A stretch of DNA of 53,174 bases from Macrostomum lignano (Eukaryota), in the NCBI GenBank assembly GCA_002269645.1, contig NIVC01004253.1, forward strand, positions 1 to 53,174. Reading direction: 5' to 3'. The notes below the pieces were generated by a model. The model did not search any database, was not told the origin of the DNA, and was given only the letters and a program-made list of their open reading frames with translations. Positions 1-11,317 of this stretch are shown here, one piece after another. The position numbers and the translations under genes are program-made. Every line of letters begins with the position of its first letter. Positions within the stretch are counted from its first letter, which is position 1.

Positions 1-94
1 AGACACCATCAGCAGAAGCCATCAAAAAGTCACCAGAAGTCACCCCCTAGCAACTAAAGCCAGTGTGTTTCTGCCGCTACGGTCAGTCGCTCAC

Positions 95-3000
95 CCCCAA
101 CGTTGAGGCGCACGCCGCCCAGGAAGTCGTTTCGACCGATTTTGACATGGTCCCAGACCGTCAGCTCCAGCGACCGGCCTTTCAGGTCACGCAGAGAGAT
201 ATTCTCGAATGCCAGTATGAGTTGAAGTTCGGATTCATGTCGCCTTTAACTATGGCGGATTCTGCTTCACCCGGCTGCTTCTGGTGGCCGGCTGTCCGGT
301 CCGGTGTTGATCAGTAGCTGTGGGAGTCAGGATTCGGAAGTTGCAGATCCCATGTCCTCTCATGCTGAGCTTCCGGGATGTGAGGTTTGAGGGTTTATAG
401 ATTTGAGGATGAGGCTTAGATGAAACGAGACTTTGAGGATGTGAGACTTTGTTGAAGTGCGAGACTTTGAGGATGTGAGACTTTGTTGAAGGATGCGAGA
501 CTTTGAGGATGTGAGACTATGAGGATGTGAGACTTTGAGGATGTGAGACTATGAGGATGTGAGACTATGAGGATGTGAGACTTTGAGGATGTGAGACTTT
601 GTTGAGGGATGTGAGACTTTGTTGAGGGATGTGAGACTTTGAGGATGTGAGACTTTGTTGAAGGATGCGAGACTTTGAGGATGTGAGACTTTGTTGAAGG
701 ATGCGAGACTTTGAGGATGTGAGACTATGAGGATGTGAGACTTTGAGGATGTGAGACTATGAGGATGTGAGACTATGAGGATGTGAGACTTTGAGGATGT
801 GAGACTTTGTTGAGGGATGTGAGACTTTGTTGAGGGATGTGAGACTTTGAGGATGTGAGACTTTAAGGATGTGAGACTATGAGGATGTGAGACTATGAGG
901 ATGTGAGACTTTGAGGATGTGATACTTTGTTGAAGGATGCGAGACTTTGAGGATGAGACTTTGAGGATGTGAGACTTTGAGGATGTGAGACTTTGAGGAT
1001 GCGAGACTTTGAGGATGTGAGACTTTGAGGATGTGAGACTTTGAGAATGTGAGACTTTGAGGATGAGAGACTTTGAGGATGTGAGACTTTGAGGATGTGA
1101 GACTTTGTTGAGGGATGTGAGACTTTGAGGATGTGAGACTTTGAGGATGGCCGCCTTCAAAAAGTCAAGATGTCACAACATTCATAACATTGTTATGAAA
1201 TTCTAAATCAAATTTGAAGCGACGAACCCCCCCCCCCCGCTCACCCTTTGACGTAGGGCGAGGCGCCGCTACCGGAACCGGCCAGGTTGCGGCAATTCTG
1301 CACCCACACTTCCAGGCGCCCACCGACCGGCTTGCGATCGTTGTGCTCAACTTTGCTGTTTGAGTCGTCCCTGGCCAGTTGGTTGGCTTTGATTAGCTCC
1401 CCGCTGACGTACCGGAGTGCCAGCATAATGTCGCCGCGGTACATCAGAGTCGGCAGCGGCACGGGAATTTCAACTCGCCTACCCAGATGGAGCACCTGAG
1501 GCCCGCCGTCGAAGCGGTAGTTCTCCATGGCGATGCGGGCCTCGCCAAGGAATACGTTCGAACCGAAGGTCAGGCTGTGCCACACAGACACCTGCGGGAG
1601 AGGTTTAGACAGGCTGAAGAGTCACAGCTGAGTCACAAGGTGGGGAGCCACTCACAGCTGAGTGACAGGGTGGGGAGTCACTCACAGCTGAGTGAAAGGA
1701 TGGGGAGTCACTCACAGCTGAGTGACAGGGTGGGGAGTTACTCAGGGTGGGGAGTCACTCACAGCTGAGTCACAGGGTGGGGAGTCACTCACTGAGTGAA
1801 AGGCTGAGTGAAAGGATGGGGAGTCACTCACTGTTAATCAGCTGTGAGTGACTCCCACCCTGTCACTCACAGCTGATTAACAGGATGGGGAGTCATTCAA
1901 GCGTGAGACGGGCAAGTTAGAAGGCAGCAGCTTCCAGAACCGGTGACCCCCCCCAGCCCAAAGCCCCAGGCCAGCCACCTGCAGAGTCCGGGTCTCCAGC
2001 TCGCTCTTGACAATATCGTAGACCAGCTGCTCGCTGTAGATGGGGTTGGCCGTGGCCCTCCTGGTCTGGGTCCGCCGCTTGGACCGCTTGGTCTTGTCCG
2101 GCAGCAGGTAGGTCTTCACGTACGGATTCGGCGGATTGCCGTCTAGCGCGTGCAAATTGCGGCACTGCACTACATTAACGGTGAAGCGGCGCTCTTTGTA
2201 ATTGTACTGCAGGTTGACCTCGACCTCGCCGCTCGGCTCCGGAACGTGAGAGTAGGAGGCCTCGTTCTCGCTCACGTTGCTGGCCAGAGACTCTCGGCTA
2301 GCCTGAGGTTAAGAAGGAGCCGGCCGGTTTGTTTGGACAGATTATCTTAGAATTCACTTAAAACTCGTAAAATTCTTTTCTCAAAATTTCTTTTAACTCC
2401 ATCCCTCATTCTTTAACCATCCAATCCATTCCTTGTCCATCTGCACCCCCTCTCGGAACAGCCACCTAACTCCCTGCCCATCTGCACCCGTCTGTCGGAA
2501 CAGCCACCTAACTCCCTGCCCATCTGCACCCGTCTGTCGGAACAGCCACCTAACTCCCTGCCCAACTGCACCCTTCTCTCGGTACAGCCACCTCACTCCC
2601 TGCCCAACTGCACCCCTCACTCCACTCGGAACAAGCCACCTCACTCCCTGCCCATCTGCACCCCTCTCTCGGTACAGCCACCTCACTCCCTGCCTATCTG
2701 CACCCCTCGCTCAGCCGTGCTGACTCAGACAGGTTTAAAATCGCTCGTCAAATACCAAATTCAAGACACAGTAGTCAATAAAAAAACGGTCGTAAAAACA
2801 CGGGAAAGCAAAGTTAAAAACTGTTTTATAGGATTTTAAAAACACGTCCGGTGAGCTAAAAGAAGCAAAATTAAGAGACGAACTCGCAGAACCGCGGGCA
2901 GCGCCATGAAGCAGGACTTGCTGGGCAGGTTGCCGATACTCGAACTTCGACGTCGTTGATTTCGACAGTCGCTGCTGTCGTCAACGCCGTCCTCGCCGCC

Positions 3001-6000
3001 GCCGCTGCCGGTCGATGCGTCGGCATTCGCAGCGGCAGTCGCAGTCGGTTCATAAAGGCGTTAGAGAGGCGTCGAACGCCAGAAACCTCGGGCGACTTTG
3101 CCCGCGCCGGAGACGCGTCGCTGGCAGCCGCCGATGCTGCGGCAGCCAGCGGCAAGTCCGGACAGGACGAAGAGGCCCGTCGCTGGGTGTAGCCGATGAG
3201 GAACTGCTGCAGGGTGCTGGCCGTGTTGAACACGTCCGTCAGGGACAAGCTCGACTCATCTTTGCCGTTGGATTCGATCGGCTTATCGTTGCGAAATTGC
3301 GTTATTGATTTTTTGTTAATATGCTGACACTATGGGCGCTATTTTAAATTACTATAAATTCGGCCAAGTACTAATTAATAAGTGTTAGTCAAGCAGCCAG
3401 AGAAGCGGTTACAAGTTTAATTTGTTATAATGGTTACGGAAACTCCATCTGAAATTTTAAAACAGCCAAGTGAAGCCGGAAATACCAGAAACACCGTTGA
3501 TTCACCGGGCACCACCTGCCAGTCCTGACAGCAATTTTGACACCCTGACTGACAACCCCTGAGACTCTTGACAGACCCGACTGACAACCACTGACTCCTA
3601 CTGACACTCCTGACACCTACTGACACTCCTGACTCCTACTAATACTCTTGACAACAACTTACAACCCAGATAAAATGTTGGTAATCAGAAAAAACTTCGA
3701 GCAGCCGGTTGCAGAAAGACAAAGCGGATTTCGCCGCGCTCACCGTATCTGCCATCATCAGGTTGCCGCCCCGTCTGGGCTGCCGAAAGCCCCCAAGTTC
3801 CGAGCCAGGAGTCGAGCCGAAGCTGCCAGCGCGCATGGCCTGCTCAATCAGGATGCCGCCATTGTCCAGTTCGTCCAGGTTTTGACCGGCCATGGACACG
3901 GAGTCGTCCGGCTGCGCAGTTCAAAATTCAGATTTAAATTTTTTTAATTTACCATTGAAAAACCGACACCGATATTGTAAAACCAACACTGACATCGAGA
4001 AGGCGAAAAAACATAGAGAAACAAGAAACCGACATCGAGAAACCGACACCGACATCGAGAAACCGATACCGACATCGACAAACCGACACCGACATCAACA
4101 AACCGACACCGACATCGAGAAACCGACACAGACATGAAGAAACCGACACAGTTTTTCGGGAAACGAGAAATCGACATCAAGAAACCGACATCGACATCGA
4201 GAAACCGACACCCGACATTGAGAAACAAGAAACCGACATCGAGAAACCGACACCGACATCGAGAAACCGACACCGACATCGAGAAACCGACACCGACATC
4301 GAAAGACCGACATCGACATCGACAAACCGACACCGACATCGAGAAACCGACCGACACAAATCAAGAAACCGACACCATTTTTCGAGAAACGAGAAACTGA
4401 CATCGAGAAACCGACATCGAGAAACCGACATCAAGAAACCGACATCAAGAAAACGACATCGAGAAACCGACATCGAGAAACCGACCGACACAAATCAAGA
4501 AACCGACACCATTTTTCGAGAAACGAGAAACCGACATCGAGAAACCCACATCAAGAAACCGACATCAAGAAACCGACATCGAGAAACCGACATCGAGAAA
4601 CCGACATCGACATCGACAAACCGACACCGACATCGAGAAACCGACCGACACAAATCAAGAAACCGACACCATTTTTCGAGAAACTAGAAACCGACATCGA
4701 GAAACCGACATCAAGAAACCGACATCAAGAAACCGACATCAAGAAACCGACATGGAGAAACCGACATCGAGAAACCGACATCGAGAAACCGACCGACACA
4801 AATCAAGAAACCGACACCATTTTTCGAGAAACGAGAAACCGACATCGAGAAACCGACATCAAGAAACCGACATCGAGAAACCGACATCGAGAAACCGACA
4901 TCGAGAAACCGACATCGAGAAACCGACATCGAGAAACTGACACCGACATCGTGAAACCACACCGACATCAAACCGATATTGAAAACTTTCAATAACACTT
5001 CAAGGAAAACATATTAACATGCATCCATTTCTGGCAGGAAAGCTACGTTCTTACCAGAATTTCCTCGTCGTGGTCTGGTGAGTGCACCGTGATGGAGACG
5101 GGAGGCTGGACTGGGTGACTCTTGCTCGTTGACTCAGCGGCGGATGCAGCGGCGGCGGCGGCGGCGGCGGCGGCTGCGGCCTTCTTGTCCCCTTTCTGGT
5201 CCTTCCGGCCCTTCTTGTCTTTCAGCTGCTTCTCAGCCTCCAGCTGCCTCTGACGCTCCTCCTGCTCAGCTTTCTTCTGCTCTCGGCGCTGCCGCTCTTC
5301 CTGTACGACTGGAGAGTTCGATTGGGGCTGGGTCTGACAGGCTTACAGACTGAAAAAACTTACAGACTTGACAGATTTACAGACTTGACAGACTTGACAG
5401 ACTTACAGACTTACAGACTTGACAGACTTGACAGACTTACAGACTTACAGACTTGACAGACTTACAGACTTGACAGACTTACAGACTTACAGACTTGACA
5501 GACTTACAGACTTGACAGATTTGACAGACTTACAGACTTGACAGACTTACAGACTTGACAGATTTGACAGACTTACAGACTTGACAGATTTGACAGACTT
5601 ACAGACTTGACAGATTTGACAGACTTACAGACTTGACAGACTTACAGACTTGACAGACTTACAGACTTGACAGATTTGACAGACTTACAGACTTACAGAC
5701 TTGACAGACTTACAGACTTGACAGACTTACAGACTTGACAGACTTACAGACTTACAGACTTGACAGATTTGACAGATTTGACAGACTTACAGAGTTGACA
5801 GACTTACAGACTTGACAAACTAGAAATACAGACTTGAGTGACTTACAGACTAGATACAGTATACTCGTACAGACTTGACAGACTTCGACTTATTTACATA
5901 CTGAGAAATTTACAGACTGACAGACTTTTCAAACTTGATTTACAGAGTGACAGGCTTACTAATTTGACTTACAGACTCCACGATCAGAAAAATTGTCCTA

Positions 6001-8560
6001 ACAGCACCAATGAGTCTGTTTCCCACTGCAAGCCTCACAAGCCTCACTCTCTCAAAAATATCGTTTATAAAAGCGTTTACAGACAGACTTACAGACCTGC
6101 AAGCTGCAGAATATTGCCAGCCGATGGGATGCGGAGCCGATTGGGATAGCGGAGGGGGAAGTGGCGATCAAAAGCGATCGGCAGTTAAAATACGATTGCT
6201 GCATCCAGTCGGCAGGAACTCGGAGGCAATTTTTCGCTATCGATAAAAGCCCAAGTCCGGGATGAGGGGAGAGACAGAACCGCTGTCAGGCCGAGGGCAG
6301 CTAAGCCAGCTTTGTTTGAACAAAATGAGAAAAACCGAAAGCCGGGGTAGCTCGCCTCTCATAAAGCCACTCGGACTGGCTCTGGGTCACGTATTGGAAT
6401 TAGATTCTGTTGTATAGTTTGATCTGTTCTGTAAATTTTTTAGATAGGATCCTTGCACTGAGTAATGCAGGAATTTCAGATCTCACGCTTAGATCTAAGC
6501 GTCTTCGTAGAATTATAGATCTGTGCTGCTCAAGGGTGGCTAAGTGGAACACTAGTGTGGCAACTGGCACACAGGAATGGCAACTGGCACACTAGAATGA
6601 CACACAGGAATGGCAGCTGGCACACTAGAATGGCAACTGGCACACTAGAATGGAAAGTGGCACACTAGAATGGCACTGGCACACTAGAATGGCACACAGG
6701 AATGGCAGCTGGCACACTAGAATGGCACACAGGAATGGCAGCTGGCACACTAGAATGGCACACAGGAATGGCAGCTGGCACACTAGAATGGCAACTGGCA
6801 CACTAGAATGGCAACTGGCACACTAAAATGGAAAGTGGCACACTAGAATGGCACTGGCACACTAGAATGGCAACTGACACACTGTAATGGCACACTAGAA
6901 TGGCAACTGGCACACTAGAATGGCAACTGGCACACTAAAATGGAAAGTGGCACACTAGAATGGCACTGGCACACTAGAATGGCACTGGCACACTAGAATG
7001 GCAACTGACACACTGTAATGGCACACTAGAATGGCAACTAGCACACTAGAATGGCAACTGGCACACTAGAATGGAAAGTGGCACACTAGAATGGCATTGG
7101 CACACTAGAATGGCACTGGCACACTAGAATGGCACTGGCACACTGTAATGGCAACTGGCACATTAAAATGGCAACTGGCACACTGTAATGGCAACTGGCA
7201 CCCAAAAAAGTAATTTGCAACTTACGCCGCTGCCGCTCCCGGGCCAGCGAGGCAAGCAGGATGTCCTGGCCGCTGACAACTCCCTGGCCCCCGGACCGCT
7301 GTCGGGCCTCCTCGGTGAACCAGTCGCCGCTCTTGGCCGCGTTCAGCACCTCCAGGCGGCACAGCCGGCACTGAGGTTCGCTGCCGTGCACAAGGTAGAC
7401 GCAGGAGCGGCAGGCCAGGTAGGCGCACCTGTTGCACACGTATCGACGGTGCACCATGTACAGCCGGGAGCCGCACAGCTCGCACAGGCTGTACAGCAGG
7501 CCGGGCTGTTCGTTCTGGTTTTGCACCCGGCTCACCTGGGCCATGGTGCGATGCAGCTCGCGGCGCAGCTTCCTGCGGGTGCGGCCCAGAGAATGCGGTA
7601 GACAGACAGACACGCAGACAGACACTGAGACAGGCAGCTGCGGACAGACACTGAGACAGGCAGACGGACAGACACTGAGACAGGCAGCTGCGGACAGACA
7701 CTGAGACAGGCAGCTGCGGACAGACACTGAGACAGGCAGACGGACAGACACTGAGACAAGCAGCTGCGGACAGACACTGAGACAGGCAGGCGGACAGACA
7801 CTAAGACAGGCAGGCGGACAGACACAAAGACAGACAGGCGGGCAGACACTGAGACAGACAGGCGGACACTGAGACAGGCAGACAGGCAGACGGACAGACA
7901 CAAAGACAGACAGGCGGGCAGACACTGAGACAGACAGGCGGACACTGAGACAGGCAGACAGGCATACGGACAGACACTGAGACAGGCAGAGGGACAGACA
8001 CAAAGACAGGCAGGTGGACAGACACAAAAACAGACAGGCGGACAGACAAAGACAGACAGGCGGATAGACAATGAGACAGGCAGGCGGGCAGCCCGATCAC
8101 TCAACTCTCTCCGCCGCTCGTCCTGCCTCCTGGCGGCCAGCAGTCGCTGCAGCAGGTTGTCCAGCTGCACCTTCTCCTCGGTGGTGAAGCAGTCCATGCC
8201 GATGCTGCGCACCAGCTCCTCGGGGATCGCGAGCTCGAGAGTCTCATCGATGGAGCCCAGCGAGATAGCGGACTCGCCGGCGATGCTCTCATCCCGCCAG
8301 GAGCAGTAGGACTTCGAGTAGGACCGGCCGCCGAAGCTGCTCCCAGCGCCGCGTCGGCCGCCCCGTTGCGACGAGGGCGACCTCGGCGATTTCAATGGCA
8401 TCGACGGCGACTGGGATGGCAACGACGGCGACTGAGACTTCGAGGGCGATGCCGACTGGCGGCCCCGGTTAGACCCCGCGGCCGTGGAAGCTCCAGCGGC
8501 CGACCGGCGGCTGCCGAAACCGGCGCTGCCGTTGCTAGCGCCGCTGACCCTGCTGGCCAT
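95..8560 (-). CDS. Synaptotagmin-like protein (SYTL4/5, granuphilin/bitesize type): Rab-binding SHD with Zn finger plus C2A and C2B; 3'-partial. Exons (-): 8560-8106, 7572-7226, 5308-5055, 3911-3663, ~3323-2884, 2302-1979, 1591-1245, 317-95
   Basis: Exon 2 encodes CELC..C..C..C..C..C..C Zn ligands and the SGDWF motif of the Slp homology domain. Exon 6 encodes C2A (YVKTYLLPDKTKRSKRRT..NPIYSE); exons 7-8 encode C2B (SPYVKG..NPNFN..LELTVWD..NDFLGGVRL). All junctions are GT-AG with compatible phases, except apparent 1-nt deletions in exons 5 and 8 and an in-frame TGA at 313-311. Confidence 0.85.
427..1148. repeat. Intronic minisatellite, 16-nt unit GAGGATGTGAGACTTT (variants ..ACTAT, GTTGAAGGATGCGAGACTTT)
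   Basis: Tandem units read directly; source of the spurious ORF 549-1160. Confidence 0.95.
1620..1895. repeat. Intronic minisatellite, ~30-nt unit GAGTCACTCACAGCTGAGTGACAGGGTGGG, with one inverted segment
   Basis: Tandem units read directly; inversion at 1831-1883. Confidence 0.9.
2437..2705. repeat. Intronic minisatellite, 42-nt unit CAGCCACCTAACTCCCTGCCCATCTGCACCCGTCTGTCGGAA, ~6 copies
   Basis: Tandem units read directly. Confidence 0.9.
3536..3640. repeat. Short intronic tandem repeat of CTGACACTC-like units
   Basis: Degenerate 9-10-nt units. Confidence 0.7.
3960..4975. repeat. CpG-rich intronic minisatellite, 14/20-nt units GAAACCGACATCGA / GAAACCGACACCGACATCGA, with higher-order structure
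   Basis: Tandem units read directly; marker CAAATCAAGAAACCGACACCATTTTTCGAG recurs four times. Confidence 0.95.
5342..5850. repeat. Intronic 8/9-nt satellite ACTTACAG / ACTTGACAG
   Basis: Tandem units read directly; degenerate copies continue to ~6100. Confidence 0.95.
6555..7201. repeat. Intronic minisatellite, ~20-nt unit GGCACACTAGAATGGCAACT
   Basis: Tandem units read directly. Confidence 0.95.
7598..8090. repeat. Intronic minisatellite GACAGACACTGAGACAGGCA(GCTGCG) and variants
   Basis: Tandem units read directly. Confidence 0.9.
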
Positions 8561-8858
8561 GAGATGCAATCAGAAACTGCTGCAGGGACTCAAATTGAGT
8601 TCAGCTTTAACCTGACAAAAAGTTGCTTTTGCTGTTCTGCTGAATCTTGATGCGCTTTTACTGGGCGTTTTGCTCGTCCCGAAAGCTGAACTTTTTTTAC
8701 CAAAAGCGTCAGTTGCCTTGCTGATTAGATAAGGCGTAGCAAGAGCTTGGAAATGGCAGCCAGATAAATTCGCCTCGGCCTGTGCTGATGTTCGCACGCG
8801 TTTTCCGTGTGCTTCTCTCTCGTCTCTGTGTGTGCGTGTGTAGTCTCAGCCACGGCGC

Positions 8859-8864
8859 TTTATA
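8859..8864 (-). promoter_or_regulatory. Candidate TATA box for the SYTL-like gene
   Basis: TATAAA on the - strand in GC-rich context ~300 nt upstream of the ATG at 8560; position only. Confidence 0.3.
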
Positions 8865-9936
8865 AGACACGCCTAAAATAGAGGTTTGTTTTTCAAGGCC
8901 AACCCCTCTCTCGGCCCATTTTTGCGTAGGCATGAGAGCTAACTGGTTCTTGTGACGGCAACACGGCGATAGACTGCACAGTGAGCCACCGCGCCTTCGG
9001 AACTGGGGGGTGGGGGTGGAGTGAGCCGAGAGCTAAAAAATTTGAGAACAAAAGCGATTGTGTACACGCTCGTTACGCGGGCGTGCATTTGTCACTGCAG
9101 GGAGTACAGCGGTGTGTTTGCTGTATTACTATTTTTGAGGTTGGCAGAGTATTGAAGCTGCAACGAGTTTGAGACTGGGGACGGGGGTCAGAGAGAGAGA
9201 GCATTTATTTATACTCGTGACTTTGGGTGGTGTACAAACACACCTGACACACAATATCAATATGTATCTTAGTCAGCCTTCTCGCGCTACATCCCTGCAA
9301 GATGGTTGTGGTGGCCGTATGTCGCTACAGGGACGTGTGTCATTGTTTCATATCTCCGACACTTGAAATCTCTCCGTTAGGGTTAGAGTTAAACTTGTCG
9401 GAGATATGAAAGCGCCGTATTGAATGCATACTCATTGTATAGGGTTACCCATTAAATCTGGGATACAGCCGACTGCAAGCTTGCTGTGGACTGCTTTTAC
9501 ACTCAGAAACCACGTCCAGGAAATCGACATTTAAAATTTGAAGACGGAACTCCCATCTAGCTGACATGTTATTTTATCTACTAAACTGTAAATGTAGACT
9601 CCTAGAGTTTATCAATTGGTTGATGATAAAGGCAGGTGTATACTCAGCAACATCGACGAAAAGTCGCCACCCTTTGCCCCAGTGAGCAGTGTCTTTCGAC
9701 CAGCGTCTATCACCTGGCCAACCATTTTGATATTAAAAATGCTTGAAAAAACAATGAAAACCTGGTGGAAGCTTCAATCCATCCGATCTTCGCCCTCCGC
9801 TCTTCCCAATCCCTCCTCACCCAGCCCAACTCTGCGTTGCGTGGCATCCAAACATCCAAATTTAGCAAACAGTATACTAGCCAACACAACAAAACTACAT
9901 TTATAAACAATACGTCAATGCCAATTAGTTCTTTGC

Positions 9937-10889
9937 CAGGGGCGTCGCCATGGATTTAATGGTGGGGGGACAAGGCCAAGAATTCAACATGTACATGTAC
10001 ATGACTAAATTTTGGTACTCATTTTAGCGCCACAGGCACTCATTTTAGCGCCGCAGGCACTCATTTTAGCGCCACAGGCACTCATTTTACCACCGCAGGC
10101 ACTCATTTTAGCACCGCAGGCACTCATTTTAGCACCGCAGGCACTCATTTTAGCGCCGCAGGCACTCATTTTAGCACCGCAGGCACTCATTTAGGTGCCA
10201 CAGGCACTCATTTTAGCGCCGCAGGCACACATTTTAGCGCCACAGGCACTCATTTAGGTGCCACAGGCACTCATTTTAGCGCCGCAGGCACTCATTTTAG
10301 CGCCACAGGCACTCATTTTAGCGCCGCAGGCACCCATTTAGGTGCCACAGGCACTCATTTTAGCGCCGCAGCCACTCATTTTAGCGCCACAGGCACTCAT
10401 TTTACCACCGCAGGCACTCATTTTAGCACCGCAGGCACTCATTTTAGCACCGCAGGCACTCATTTTAGCGCCGCAGGCACTCATTTTAGCACCGCAGGCA
10501 CTCATTTTAGCGCCACAGGCACCCATTTTAGCACCGCAGGCACTCATTTTAGCACCGCAGGCACTCATTTTAGCGCCGCGGGGACTCATTTTAGCACCGC
10601 AGACAGTCATTTTAGCACCGCAGACAGTCATTTTAGCACCGCAGACAGTCATTTTAGCACCGCAGGCACTCATTTTAGCACCGCAGACAGTCATTTTAGC
10701 ACCGCAGGCACTCATTTTAGCACCGCAGGCACTCATTTTAGCGCCGCGGGCACTCATTTTAGCGCCGCAGACAGTCATTTGGGTGCCGAAGGCGCTATAA
10801 TTTGGCGCCCTGTAGAAAAATTACTGATTACCACAAAGTGGGGTGGGGAGACAAAGCATTGGCATGTCCCCCCGGCGGCAATGCGCCTG
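9937..10889. mobile_element. Non-autonomous hAT-type DNA element carrying an internal 21-nt minisatellite (GCACTCATTTTAGCGCCGCAG, ~10010-10790)
   Basis: Perfect 8-bp TSD TTCTTTGC (9929-9936 and 10890-10897); CAG...CTG termini, imperfect TIR (10/13) and subterminal GGGGGGACA on both ends. Confidence 0.8.
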
Positions 10890-11067
10890 TTCTTTGCTTT
10901 ATCAAAAGCAATAGTGTTTTGATATGTACCACACACGCTATAGTTTGGCGGGAAGGAATGGTTTTGAAGCCTCTAGTTTTCGTGAATGCCCGCTAGTTTC
11001 GTCGATGTATAAAGCTTAGTGGGGCCCTCGAAACGAAGAGGCAACACCATAGAGGCAACATCTAGAC

Positions 11068-11317
11068 CATAGATCGTATATATTCCCTAGATGGGCCACT
11101 GTGTACTTGGCCGCGCCCATAGACTCAATGAATTTCTTGAAAATTTTAGCGAACACCGTCTACTCGTACATATTGTTTAAATTTCTTACCATGCATCACA
11201 AAAAATTGCTATGTCCCTCAGCTACTGAACTTGCTTTTTCGGGGGATCAAATTTTCAACATACATGTACTCGTAGTTTGAATAGAGTGGCCCATCTAGGA
11301 AATATACGATCTACATG
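11068..11317. mobile_element. 250-bp MITE with ~33-bp TIRs (CATAGATCGTATAT..CCTAGATGGGCCACT)
   Basis: Inverted termini read directly; candidate 8-bp TSD ATCTAGAC / GCCTAGAC (6/8). Confidence 0.7.

Noticed and set aside
311-313. In-frame TGA in the C2B exon as selenocysteine or readthrough
   Set aside because: It coincides with other frame defects in the same exon and the position is normally hydrophobic (YL); a missing base explains it more simply
549-1160. Long ORFs with periodic peptides (also 3944-4998, 10338-10800, 26998-27961, 31360-31940, 33231-33660, 39024-39632)
   Set aside because: They are translations of minisatellites or low-complexity tracts lying in introns or TE interiors
6485-6502. 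18-bp perfect palindrome ACGCTTAGATCTAAGCGT
   Set aside because: About 0.2 expected by chance in 53 kb (53,000/4^9); no supporting context
6100-6545. Extra SYTL exon in the GC-richer part of intron 2
   Set aside because: The frames I tested close with stops, and exons 2 and 3 already join in phase without it
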